Assembly (NCBI GenBank): GCA_016214565.1
Contig: JACROE010000002.1
Coordinates: 920,007 to 984,006, forward strand
DNA: 64,000 nucleotides
Source: Candidatus Kerfeldbacteria bacterium
Lineage (GTDB): Bacteria; Patescibacteriota; Patescibacteriia; UBA10025; JAHIVO01
Direction of reading: 5' to 3'
Under the pieces are notes generated by a model. It searched no databases. It was not told the origin of the DNA and was given only the letters and a program-made list of their open reading frames with translations. Each line of letters opens with the position of its first letter. The first letter of the stretch is position 1. This document shows positions 9,640 to 18,783 of the stretch, piece after piece. The translations under genes were made by a program, and so were the position numbers.

Positions 9640-9828
9640 ATGCAGCCGCTCAGCAAGAAAACCGCCATAGATGGCACCAAGAATCACGAAAAGCATGACC
9701 AGATGATACTCTCTGCATCAGAACATTGTTCACGATGTGGGGCCCATCATGGTCCCGTCAAAGCCCACCAATGCACAACTCTGGGATATCCCGGAAAGCG
9801 CACGGTGCGGCCACAATTGCACCTTTAA
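9640..9828 (+). CDS. small Cys/His-containing hypothetical protein
   Basis: 62 aa; GGAGG 7 nt upstream of the ATG; CSRCGAHHG...HQC; followed by a terminator hairpin. Confidence 0.3.
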   Translation: MQPLSKKTAIDGTKNHEKHDQMILSASEHCSRCGAHHGPVKAHQCTTLGYPGKRTVRPQLHL

Positions 9829-9865
9829 CAATTCGTTCTCAAGACCAAAACAAAAAACCATTACG

Positions 9866-9898
9866 CCTGTCTGACATTGTGTCACACAGGTGTTTTTA
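9866..9898 (+). terminator. rho-independent terminator
   Basis: cctgtctgaca-ttg-tgtcacacagg stem-loop followed by tgttttt. Confidence 0.5.
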
Positions 9899-9926
9899 AT
9901 TCTCAGCTGTTATCGGATCGCAATAG

Positions 9927-10145
9927 CTAGAAATCTTGCGATTTGTCTTTCTTGCCTTTAATTTTTTTGAAAAGAATGATGCCGCCGAGTAGCGATATGG
10001 CGGCAGCCACGCCAGCTATGAGTTTTTCTTTTGAATGCGAATCCATGGAATCGTATTTGCTTTTTGCCTTCTGGGCATGTTCAATCAGCTTGTCGAGATG
10101 AGCATGAGCCTTTTTTGTGTCGCTTGGCTTGTAAGATTTAAACAT
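9927..10145 (-). CDS. small C-terminally membrane-anchored hypothetical protein
   Basis: 72 aa, Lys-rich with one TM segment AGVAAAISLLGGIILF. Confidence 0.35.
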   Translation of the reverse strand: MFKSYKPSDTKKAHAHLDKLIEHAQKAKSKYDSMDSHSKEKLIAGVAAAISLLGGIILFKKIKGKKDKSQDF

Positions 10146-10277
10146 AACGATATATTTGGTTAATGGTATCTGTACGATAGCATGTTTGCGTGTGTCAGGA
10201 TAGTCCCGAGTATGTGCGTTGTATCAAAATGAGGTATACTATTAACTGTTAGTCTTTATTACTAATTAATTATCCCT

Positions 10278-10772
10278 ATGTACAAAGTTTTTTGCGTTTT
10301 GGGAATTATGCTACTTGCCCTAGTGGCTACTGGATGTACTAGCCCAAGCGAAAAAGTGGCGGAGACCATTATTGAATCGCAAACTAACGGGGACGTTGAT
10401 GTTGACGTTGATAATGAGACGGTCAGTATCAATACTGATGGCGGTTCATTTCAATCAGGAGAGGACGTAACATTGCCCGATGGATTTCCTTCAGATGTAC
10501 ATGTGGCCGAAGGAACCTTGGTATCGGCAATTCATGTGACTGATCCTGATGGGTACTCAGTATCTTTGAATTCATCTGATTCCGTTACTGATTTGAAATC
10601 AGAATACCAGTCAGCTATTGTTGATGACGGTTGGACGATCCTCGGAACTTATGAGGTAAGTGGATCAGTTTCTTTTACTGCGGAAAAGGACAATCGGACA
10701 CTATCAGTGACTATCGGGGCCACGGATGATCAATCTTCAGTCGTGATCAGCACTTCAACAGATTCCGAATAA
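10278..10772 (+). CDS. lipoprotein
   Basis: signal peptide with lipobox LVATG|C; Asp/Ser/Thr-rich mature part. Confidence 0.55.
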   Translation: MYKVFCVLGIMLLALVATGCTSPSEKVAETIIESQTNGDVDVDVDNETVSINTDGGSFQSGEDVTLPDGFPSDVHVAEGTLVSAIHVTDPDGYSVSLNSSDSVTDLKSEYQSAIVDDGWTILGTYEVSGSVSFTAEKDNRTLSVTIGATDDQSSVVISTSTDSE

Positions 10773-10874
10773 CGTTTTTCAGTTATGTTTCAAAAGCTGC
10801 GACGGAAAATCTCCTTCGCAGTTTTTGAGCGTGTCAGTCTTCCATTTTCCTTTTAAAAAAGCTATACTAAGTTC

Positions 10875-11936
10875 ATGTCTATGGTAAATATTCGCAAACA
10901 ACCGTTTTTTTACGCCTTGATCGTTATCGTAGCTGTTCTCGCGTTTATTGTCGTACGACCCCTGTTGACGCCGGTGGTATTAGCATTTTTAACCGCACTA
11001 TTTTTTAAGCCTGTCTACGAATATTTCCACCACTCATTCGGTCAGCGCACGAAATTAGCTTCATTTGTTACTGTGATGGTGGTTATTGTTGCGGTGGTTA
11101 TTCCGCTGTCATTAGTAATTGCCGCTGTCGTAAATCAAATAATCCTTTTTAACAATGATTTATCCGGCTCAGGCAATTTGGACATTCGCGCATTAGTTGA
11201 CGTCGGGAATAATGCACTTGATAAAATTGGCGTCGATTATCGGTTGACTGTCCAAAATGTGCAAGCTGAATTGAAAAATGTAGCCGGCGCCATTGGGCAG
11301 TTTTTTGTAAAACAATTGCCAAAAATAGGCTCAGGCGCAGCTAATTTCATGGCCGCGGGCTTTATTTATGTTGTTGTTCTATTCTCTTTATTTCCAGCTC
11401 AGCGGAAGTTTTTTCAGTTTATCGAGCGTTTAAGTCCTATGGATGACCGGATTGATCAGGTGTACTTGTCGCGAATCGTGGAAATGTCCCGCTCAATGGT
11501 GAAAGGAACGTTTTTGATCGCCTTTGTCCAGGCGTTGGTTTCATCGGTGTTTCTCGTGGTGGCAGGCGTAGATTACATATTGTTTTGGATGATTATTATG
11601 ATGTTTATTGGTATTATTCCGATGCTTGGTGCCACGGTTGTTGTGTTGCCCATTGCGGTAGTACTGCTTTTGACAGGCGATATTTGGCAAGGCCTCTTCC
11701 TCATTGGCACTAATATTTTAGTCGTAAGCAATCTGGATAATTATCTGCGGCCTAAATTGGTTTCTAAAAAACTTTCTCTTCACCCGGCGCTGGTGCTCAT
11801 AGGCGTTTTGGGTGGACTGCAAGTGTTTGGCATACTGGGATTTATTTATGGTCCGGTTATCATGATACTGCTGGTAACGACGATAGAGCTGTATCTCAAA
11901 TACTTTAAGAACGGCAATTCTCCCGCAACTACGTAA
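10875..11936 (+). CDS. AI-2E family transporter (UPF0118/PerM-like)
   Basis: 353 aa, about 8 TM helices with the central soluble loop typical of the family; leader FFYALIVIVAVLAFIVVRPLLTPVV. Confidence 0.7.
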   Translation: MSMVNIRKQPFFYALIVIVAVLAFIVVRPLLTPVVLAFLTALFFKPVYEYFHHSFGQRTKLASFVTVMVVIVAVVIPLSLVIAAVVNQIILFNNDLSGSGNLDIRALVDVGNNALDKIGVDYRLTVQNVQAELKNVAGAIGQFFVKQLPKIGSGAANFMAAGFIYVVVLFSLFPAQRKFFQFIERLSPMDDRIDQVYLSRIVEMSRSMVKGTFLIAFVQALVSSVFLVVAGVDYILFWMIIMMFIGIIPMLGATVVVLPIAVVLLLTGDIWQGLFLIGTNILVVSNLDNYLRPKLVSKKLSLHPALVLIGVLGGLQVFGILGFIYGPVIMILLVTTIELYLKYFKNGNSPATT

Positions 11937-11949
11937 GTAATTTCAAGAA

Positions 11950-13152
11950 TTGATGCATCATCAGCACGAACATCTTAGTTTACGCCTGCATCGCGCATTG
12001 CATTCGTCAATGGGTCTTTTTGAGTGGTCAGTTGGACTTCACACGTTTGCTCGTGCGTTGATATCAGTATTTATTCCAGTGTTATTGCTCGGTATAGGAT
12101 ATGGTATCGATCAGGTGCTATTGTTTCTTTTATTATTAACGGTCATGGATGTTCCACTTAATTTTTTTGCTCGATGGCTAGTTAGGAAAGTTGGGGCGCG
12201 ATTAGTTATTATTGCCGGTTCGGTTGCTATGGTCGGGTATTTTTTGTCATTATCCGCTCTTCAGCCAAATGATTGGGTGGCGCTAGCATTCGTTTCATTT
12301 TTTGCCGCCTTGTACGATGCATTGTATTGGGTATCGCATTTATTTTTCTTTATGGAATGCAGTGTTCATAAGGAGAACATATCTCGTGATACAAGTTGGT
12401 TATATATTGTTCAGCAGTTAGCTGAAATGCTTGCACCAGCGTTAGGAGCTGTTGTTTTACTAATTTTTCCTGATGATATCTTGATGTATATTAGTGTAAC
12501 TGTGGTATTAATTTCTATAATTCCTCTATTTAAAATTAAAAACGCTCCTGATCGACCGCGTGTTCCGCAGCAGCCTTGGACTGCATATTGGGGGTCATGG
12601 CAGAACGCACGAGATTATTTTAGAATTGCACTCTATGGAGTGCATATGTCGGTTGAGTTCATTATATATCCACTTTTTTTGTATTTCTTAATTGGTAATG
12701 TCGAATCAGTTGCGGCCGTAGCTGTTATTGCGGCTTTAGCCATGATGGTTTTTACCTTTTTTACCGGACGGATCAAACGTGAACATCGTCAGCAAACTAT
12801 TATTACTGGCGCATTGATTGCCGCAGTGTTTTGGTTATTGAGAATTTTTATAGTCAATTACGCATTTGTTTATTTTAGTGTTTTTGTAGTTGGTTTATGC
12901 GCTGTAATGATGAGCATACCGTTGGCCAGTTCACTTTTTGAAAAAGGTGAAAAAATGGACACCCTTTCTGCGTCGACCTGGCGTAATGCAGCTTCAATGG
13001 GAGGGCAAGCTTTACTATATGGCGTCTTATTATTAGCGAATAATATTTTTCACATTTCCTTTATTGTTGTTGTCGGTTGCTTAGTTGCGTTGCTTATTAT
13101 ATCGAGACTGGCAGTGACTATAAAAGTTACTCAGGCTAGTCAACCACTATGA
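11950..13152 (+). CDS. MFS-like membrane transporter
   Basis: 400 aa, about 12 TM helices arranged as two 6-helix halves. Confidence 0.5.
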   Translation: MMHHQHEHLSLRLHRALHSSMGLFEWSVGLHTFARALISVFIPVLLLGIGYGIDQVLLFLLLLTVMDVPLNFFARWLVRKVGARLVIIAGSVAMVGYFLSLSALQPNDWVALAFVSFFAALYDALYWVSHLFFFMECSVHKENISRDTSWLYIVQQLAEMLAPALGAVVLLIFPDDILMYISVTVVLISIIPLFKIKNAPDRPRVPQQPWTAYWGSWQNARDYFRIALYGVHMSVEFIIYPLFLYFLIGNVESVAAVAVIAALAMMVFTFFTGRIKREHRQQTIITGALIAAVFWLLRIFIVNYAFVYFSVFVVGLCAVMMSIPLASSLFEKGEKMDTLSASTWRNAASMGGQALLYGVLLLANNIFHISFIVVVGCLVALLIISRLAVTIKVTQASQPL

Positions 13153-14108
13153 GTCACATTCCGGTCACCGTTTTTACGGGTTATCTCGGCAGCGGCAAGA
13201 CTACCATCATTATGAACCTGATTCGGCAAATGCCTAAAAGGTACTCGATGGTGCTTCTGAAAAATGAGTTTGGCGACGTCGCGGTTGATTCTCAGCTTGC
13301 TCAAGAATCAAATATCGCGGTCACCGAGATGTTAAATGGTTGTTTGTGCTGTGTTTTAGTTGGAAAAATGGGCAATGCGATTGATGAGCTATTGACCACG
13401 TACAATCCTGACCGAATTATTATCGAGACATCCGGTTCAGCGTATCCGGCACCTATTGCATTGGAAATTCGTAAAATGGAGGATCGATTACATTTAGATT
13501 CTATTGTGACCGTTATTGATGCGATAAATTTCGAAGGATACGCTGACAAAAGCTACACAGCTAAAATTCAAGCTCAATATACTGATTTAATATTGATTAA
13601 TAAACACGAATCAGTTGATGAGCGGACACTTGATCAGACACTTGATGACGTGTACGAGCTAAATCCGAATACCCCAAAAGTTAAAACTGACCATGGAGTG
13701 GTCAGTCCGGATCTAATATTTGGACTGGATACGAAATTGTTTGCCTCGCAATTGGAGATTGACGCGGCAGAACAGGGGAGGAATACACATCATCATGACC
13801 AGGAAGTGGAAATTGCCACGGTGGTTACTGATATCCTATTGGAGCGACGAAACGTTGATGCAATGCTTACCAAACTTCCGAAAACAGAATTTTATCGCAT
13901 TAAAGGCATGGTTCGGTTTGCCGACGGCCCGTATTTATTGAATTACGTATTTGGCCGTTTTGATTACACGCCGTTATCACACTATACGGAGAAGACTCAA
14001 ATAACCTTCATGGGTGAAGGCCTAGGTGCGTACGATGATGATATTATTCAGGGATTAGGAATTCCGCGCCAGGATTTAACCATCCACGCGGGTAATGATG
14101 CTAAATGA
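13149..14108 (+). CDS. COG0523 / CobW-family G3E GTPase (putative zinc metallochaperone)
   Basis: P-loop GYLGSGKTT, metal-binding GCLCC (CxCC) motif, IIIETSG switch region. Confidence 0.8.
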   Translation: MSHIPVTVFTGYLGSGKTTIIMNLIRQMPKRYSMVLLKNEFGDVAVDSQLAQESNIAVTEMLNGCLCCVLVGKMGNAIDELLTTYNPDRIIIETSGSAYPAPIALEIRKMEDRLHLDSIVTVIDAINFEGYADKSYTAKIQAQYTDLILINKHESVDERTLDQTLDDVYELNPNTPKVKTDHGVVSPDLIFGLDTKLFASQLEIDAAEQGRNTHHHDQEVEIATVVTDILLERRNVDAMLTKLPKTEFYRIKGMVRFADGPYLLNYVFGRFDYTPLSHYTEKTQITFMGEGLGAYDDDIIQGLGIPRQDLTIHAGNDAK

Positions 14109-15971
14109 TCCATTTTGCACCATTTCGCCGTAACGCTGCATGAAAAAACTATTGAGGTACAGGCCGGGATTATTTGGGGGATCGAGGCGCAGAGTAAACG
14201 TACCAATCTGTCCAGGAGCGACAGTGGTTTCCTGAAGTCGGGCAGTGGTATAGTTTGACAGCCAGGAACGATCGCGGAATCTGCTGACCGCTCCGCCTAA
14301 GTCCATCGCCTCAAGTGTCACGTGTCGGTCCCAGGTAGCGAGGCCAGTATTTTTGAATTTGATTGTAACCGCTGGCCGCCACAGATAGAGAAGCGCCGGT
14401 GGCATGGTATTGGAAATTAAGGCAGCCTGTAATCGCGAATCGACTCGGGTGATTGAGCGATCGTCCTCTTGGTTTATGTCTGCTGGTCCAGTCAGCCGGT
14501 AAATATTAAGGTAGGTTCCCATCCGGTCGGGACTCTGCAGTGTACTGGTAAATGTGGCTGTTCCCCCAGGTGCGACACTTGATTCAGAAAAATCAAATCC
14601 GCCCCACTGGCTCGGCCAGCTTGAGTGCCGGAAGCGACTTACGTTATCGCCAAGGTCGTAGATATTAAGTTTTACCTGACCGCGTGTCCACGTTTCGGTT
14701 CCGGTATTGCGAACAGTAGTGGTAATTGTTTGGGTAGCCCGGGTAAAAGTAGCCGGCCGAATGTCCTGGGTGACTACCTCGCCTGAGAATGCCAGTTGGG
14801 TCGAGCCGGGTATGCCTCCTTGAGCCAAAAAAACGCTACGCGCCCCACTTCGGATATTAGAAAAAGCACTGTATAAATTTTTTCCTGGGCAACTCGTGCA
14901 ATCAACATCGCTATGCCCGATTATATTCGGGTAAGACGCATCAATAAATTCACTCGTGCCGGTAGGATCAATGCCAAACAACGCTGCTTTGGTACCGATA
15001 AGATTTTGCAAAGCAGTCTGCACCTTTTGATTAAGCGCTAATCCTGCTTCGTAATCACCGAGAATAGCGATGCCAATGGTGCCGCGATTGAAACTCGCTT
15101 CATTGCTACTGCCGCCGAATCGGGAGGCGGCACAGGCAGCCGAACGATAGGCGTGGGCGCCGATAACGCCATCCCCGCCGTAGCGACCCTCGTAAATATT
15201 TCCATTTTGGTCAATTAGATAGTTATAGCCAATATCACCCCAATTGAGCACTACCGCATGCCAGTAGTAGATTGATCGTATTGTAGCAGCTGGGTCGCTG
15301 GTGCCTGGATCGCCGGCAGTGTGATGAACGATAAATTTTTCAGGGGTAACTACTTCAGGCACCCATTCTTCTTTTCCCTGTGCATCATAGCGCCAAGTTT
15401 CATTTGCTTCCCAGCCTGAGCGGGGGATGATGGTTATGGCGCTAGCAGCTGAAGCGCGTTTAAAAAGCCAATCAAAAATACTGAGCGAACCAAAAGCAGG
15501 AGGGTCGGATGATTGAACATAAATAAATTTGACATCATCAATCGCTCCGTCGGCAGTGAGGCGATATTCAATCTGCGTTGCATTATTAGCCATGAAGGGT
15601 TCACGCAGGTACTGGTAACCATTTTGCTCCACGTAGCTATCGGATTCTGCGTGGTACCAGACGCTCCACCCATCAGCAACATAGAGTCGAAATTCAAATG
15701 CAACATCAGTGCTATCACCGCGCCAGGCAAACCCGCCCACCTGGAATGGATAATCTGCCGTGATAATTTCTGATCGGAACGTCCCATTGGTGACCGGAAT
15801 TGTTGAATCAATTTCTTCATTACTGCGCACTTCCGGAATAGTCGTGGCTATTGCCTGAATACCAAAAAAGACAACGATAGCCGCCAGGAGGGAACCAAAG
15901 AGGAACGATCGAGTTGTTACGTAACCGTTCTGCATAGCCCTTGTTAGTGGTTTTTGTTTTTCATGTTTCAT
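14076..15971 (-). CDS. N-acetylmuramoyl-L-alanine amidase (amidase_2/PGRP domain) with two C-terminal tandem ~100-aa domains
   Basis: N-terminal TM anchor; FIVHHTAG...GDIGYNYLIDQNGNIYEGR...IGHSDVDCTSCPG (zinc amidase_2 signature); duplicated C-terminal modules. Confidence 0.75.
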   Translation of the reverse strand: MKHEKQKPLTRAMQNGYVTTRSFLFGSLLAAIVVFFGIQAIATTIPEVRSNEEIDSTIPVTNGTFRSEIITADYPFQVGGFAWRGDSTDVAFEFRLYVADGWSVWYHAESDSYVEQNGYQYLREPFMANNATQIEYRLTADGAIDDVKFIYVQSSDPPAFGSLSIFDWLFKRASAASAITIIPRSGWEANETWRYDAQGKEEWVPEVVTPEKFIVHHTAGDPGTSDPAATIRSIYYWHAVVLNWGDIGYNYLIDQNGNIYEGRYGGDGVIGAHAYRSAACAASRFGGSSNEASFNRGTIGIAILGDYEAGLALNQKVQTALQNLIGTKAALFGIDPTGTSEFIDASYPNIIGHSDVDCTSCPGKNLYSAFSNIRSGARSVFLAQGGIPGSTQLAFSGEVVTQDIRPATFTRATQTITTTVRNTGTETWTRGQVKLNIYDLGDNVSRFRHSSWPSQWGGFDFSESSVAPGGTATFTSTLQSPDRMGTYLNIYRLTGPADINQEDDRSITRVDSRLQAALISNTMPPALLYLWRPAVTIKFKNTGLATWDRHVTLEAMDLGGAVSRFRDRSWLSNYTTARLQETTVAPGQIGTFTLRLDPPNNPGLYLNSFFMQRYGEMVQNGSFSIITRVDG

Positions 15972-15998
15972 ATACTATTATAGCGCAAAATGACGATT

Positions 15999-16027
15999 TT
16001 GTCCAGAGCAGCATAGTTTGCTACAAT
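15999..16027 (+). promoter_or_regulatory. sigma-70-like promoter (TTGTCC-17 nt-TACAAT) upstream of the AlkD-like gene
   Basis: hexamers read directly at canonical spacing. Confidence 0.35.
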
Positions 16028-16088
16028 GCATGTTGTAAAACGCACGCGAATTTAAATGACCTACCGCAGATACATTATTTAACACCGT

Positions 16089-16802
16089 ATGAGTAACGTG
16101 ACACGTGCTGCGCTTCTACGAGAGTTACGTTTAGCCGCCAGCCCCCGTCAGGCAAAAATCGCCCGGTGGTTTTTTAAGACGGGGAAAGGAGAGTATGGAG
16201 CGGGTGATCGTTTTACTGGCATTAGGGTGCCCGTTGTGCGTAAGCTTGCTAAGCAATATCGAGAGTTGGCATTAGTAGACGCAGTGCGATTGCTTGCCAG
16301 CACGATCCACGAGCATCGTATGGTCGCGCTGTATATTATGATTCAGCAGTTTGACCGAGGCGATCGCGCTATTCAAACAAAAATATATCGACTCTATGTG
16401 AAGCATCGTCGGCAGATTAATAATTGGGACTTGGTTGATACCACGGCACCAAATATTGTTGGCACATTTTTATTAAACCGGCCACGAACAGAGCTGTATC
16501 GTTTGGCTCGGTCAAAGATGCTATGGGATCGCCGGATTGCAATATTAGCCACCTATACCTATATTCGACAGGGTGATTTTACGGACACCCTGAAAATTGC
16601 TACACTATTAGTCCGTGATTCGCATGACCTAATGCACAAGGCCGTTGGGTGGATGCTGCGTGAAGTGGGCAATCGCGATCAGGCCGCTGAAGAACAATTC
16701 TTAAAAAAATACTATCGGAGCATGCCGCGAACGATGCTTCGGTACGCAATTGAAAAATTTCCCGAACGAATTCGTAAACGTTATTTAGCAGGTACGATAT
16801 GA
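16089..16802 (+). CDS. DNA alkylation repair protein (AlkD/AlkC HEAT-like repeat glycosylase family)
   Basis: 237 aa; family-typical segments NWDLVDTTAPNIVG, WDRRIAILATYTYI, KAVGWMLREVG. Confidence 0.75.
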   Translation: MSNVTRAALLRELRLAASPRQAKIARWFFKTGKGEYGAGDRFTGIRVPVVRKLAKQYRELALVDAVRLLASTIHEHRMVALYIMIQQFDRGDRAIQTKIYRLYVKHRRQINNWDLVDTTAPNIVGTFLLNRPRTELYRLARSKMLWDRRIAILATYTYIRQGDFTDTLKIATLLVRDSHDLMHKAVGWMLREVGNRDQAAEEQFLKKYYRSMPRTMLRYAIEKFPERIRKRYLAGTI

Positions 16803-18163
16803 CCAACTTACATTATGATGTTATTGTTATCGGTTCAGGTGCCGGAGTGAAAATTTCTACCCATGCCGCTAAACTGGGCAAAAAAGTTGCCTTGATTGAA
16901 GATGGTCCGTTGGGCGGCACTTGTTTAAACAGGGGCTGTATTCCGTCCAAATTGTATATACATACAGCGGAGTTAGCGCGGGCTATTCGTGATGCGAAAC
17001 GGTTTAATTTGAACGCATCGCTTGAGTCCATTGATTTTACTGACATTGTGAAACGCGTGACAGGGTATGTGGATGAACATTCTCAAAAAATGACTGAAGG
17101 GACACTCCGTAACCCTAATATTACCCTGTATCAAACGGCGGGTAGGTTTGTGGATGAAAAAACCATTGAGGTTGATGGCAAGCGGATAACCGCCGATCAA
17201 ATATTAATAGCGGCAGGCGCGCGACCGTTTATTCCTGCAATCGAGGGGTTAGCCGGCACGCCGTTTTTGACCAGCACTGAGGCGCTGCGCTTGGACAAGC
17301 TTCCTACTTCACTGGTTATTATTGGTGGAGGCTATATTGGCACCGAACTAGCACATTTATTTAGCAGTTTGGGAACTCAAGTCACGGTGCTCCAGGCAAC
17401 TGATCGATTGCTTGATAAAGAAGACTCTGAGATAGCTCAGGCATTCACTGCTGTTTTTTCTCGAACCGCAAACACATTGCTTATGCATCGGGCTACTCGC
17501 GTGGCGCATAGTACAGCAGGTTTTACGATTACTGTCGAAGGTCCGCGTGGTATCAGTGAAATTACAGCTGAGCAGTTGTTAATTGCGACGGGCGTGACGC
17601 CAAATAGCGACCGGGTGGACGCAAGTGCAGCGGGAATGATAATGGATGATCGAGGTTTTATCACCGTCAATCAATATTTGGAAACGAACATCGCCGGCGT
17701 GTTTGCGTTAGGAGATATTGTCGGGCATCATATGTTCCGCCATGCGGCAAATTGGCAAGCGCGGTTTGCCATCCAAAATATGTTTACGGATCAGAAAGTC
17801 CCCATTGATTATACGGCCATGCCCCATGCTATTTTTTCCTATCCTCAGGTGGCTGGTGTCGGCGCTACTGAAGATGAATTGAAAGCCGTTGGAACGCCTT
17901 ATCGCGTTGGGCGAGCTCTGTATGCCAGTACGGCCATGGGCGCTGCTTTCCAGGAGCAGGATGGCTTTGTCAAAGCGCTGGTCAGCGCTGACGGCCAGAC
18001 GATATTGGGCTGCCAAATTATGGGCCCCGAGGCCTCAACGCTTATCCATGAAGTCGTTGTGGCTATGCGTCTCGGAGCATACGTTTCTGCTATTACTAAT
18101 ACAGTGCATATTCATCCAGCCATGAATGAGGTGGTGCAACGGGCATTTATGAAGCTCAGCTAA
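16799..18163 (+). CDS. FAD-dependent pyridine nucleotide-disulfide oxidoreductase (dihydrolipoyl dehydrogenase family, class I)
   Basis: FAD-binding VIVIGSGAGV, redox disulfide GGTCLNRGCIPSK, NAD-binding VIIGGGYIGTELA, C-terminal dimerisation domain with HIHPAMNE. Confidence 0.8.
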   Translation: MTNLHYDVIVIGSGAGVKISTHAAKLGKKVALIEDGPLGGTCLNRGCIPSKLYIHTAELARAIRDAKRFNLNASLESIDFTDIVKRVTGYVDEHSQKMTEGTLRNPNITLYQTAGRFVDEKTIEVDGKRITADQILIAAGARPFIPAIEGLAGTPFLTSTEALRLDKLPTSLVIIGGGYIGTELAHLFSSLGTQVTVLQATDRLLDKEDSEIAQAFTAVFSRTANTLLMHRATRVAHSTAGFTITVEGPRGISEITAEQLLIATGVTPNSDRVDASAAGMIMDDRGFITVNQYLETNIAGVFALGDIVGHHMFRHAANWQARFAIQNMFTDQKVPIDYTAMPHAIFSYPQVAGVGATEDELKAVGTPYRVGRALYASTAMGAAFQEQDGFVKALVSADGQTILGCQIMGPEASTLIHEVVVAMRLGAYVSAITNTVHIHPAMNEVVQRAFMKLS

Positions 18164-18216
18164 TTGCTGGGTGGGCCTATTGTAACGGTCATAATTGAAT
18201 AACGATATAGGTATTC

Positions 18217-18783
18217 ATGGAGATATCGGAACATGAAATACAAAAAATAGTACGCGCTGCCCAATCGGGTGACCGTGACAGCATGGGGCAGTTATTTGAT
18301 TTGTTTAATGATCGAATTTACCGATTTGTGGCATATCGCGTGAGTACTCGTGAAACCGCCGAGGATCTTACCCAGACAATATTTGTTGCAACGATTGAGT
18401 CGCTCCATCGATATATGAATGACGGACGGACTAAATTTTCCACCTGGTTGTTCCAGATAGCACGGCATAAGTTGATTGATCATTATCGCCAACAGCGGGT
18501 TCAAATCCCCTTGGATCACGTATCAGAAATTAATCATGCTACTTTAATTGTTGAGTCACCGGAACTTGCATTTGATTCTCGCAGTACAGCGGTATGGCGC
18601 ATGTTCAAACAATTACCTTTACAATTTCAAGAAGTGCTCCAGTTGCATTACGTCGAAGGAATTGGATTATCTGATATTGCGCAGATCATCGGAACAAGCG
18701 CGGTTAATGCTCGGGTGATTAAGTATCGCGCGCTGCGTCAACTACGCAGACTACTCAATGAATCGTCAGCCACCTCATTATGA
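18217..18783 (+). CDS. ECF-type RNA polymerase sigma factor
   Basis: sigma-70 region 2 (EDLTQTIFVATIESLHRY, FSTWLFQIARHKLIDHYRQ) and region 4. Confidence 0.8.
   Translation: MEISEHEIQKIVRAAQSGDRDSMGQLFDLFNDRIYRFVAYRVSTRETAEDLTQTIFVATIESLHRYMNDGRTKFSTWLFQIARHKLIDHYRQQRVQIPLDHVSEINHATLIVESPELAFDSRSTAVWRMFKQLPLQFQEVLQLHYVEGIGLSDIAQIIGTSAVNARVIKYRALRQLRRLLNESSATSL

Noticed and set aside
13149-14108. HypB (hydrogenase nickel-insertion GTPase) assignment for the G3E GTPase
   Set aside because: The CxCC motif (GCLCC) and overall length match COG0523/CobW-type proteins rather than HypB, which has an N-terminal His-rich or CxxCGC region. It is also 15 kb from the hydrogenase genes
15434-15820. Antisense/internal ORFs within the amidase gene (15434-15820 minus alternate frame, 15513-15773 plus)
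   Set aside because: They lie wholly inside a well-supported 631-aa CDS and have no motifs
16600-18125. Several 60-100-aa minus-strand ORFs inside the AlkD-like and Lpd-family genes
   Set aside because: They are shadow ORFs opposite strong plus-strand CDSs with clear enzyme motifs
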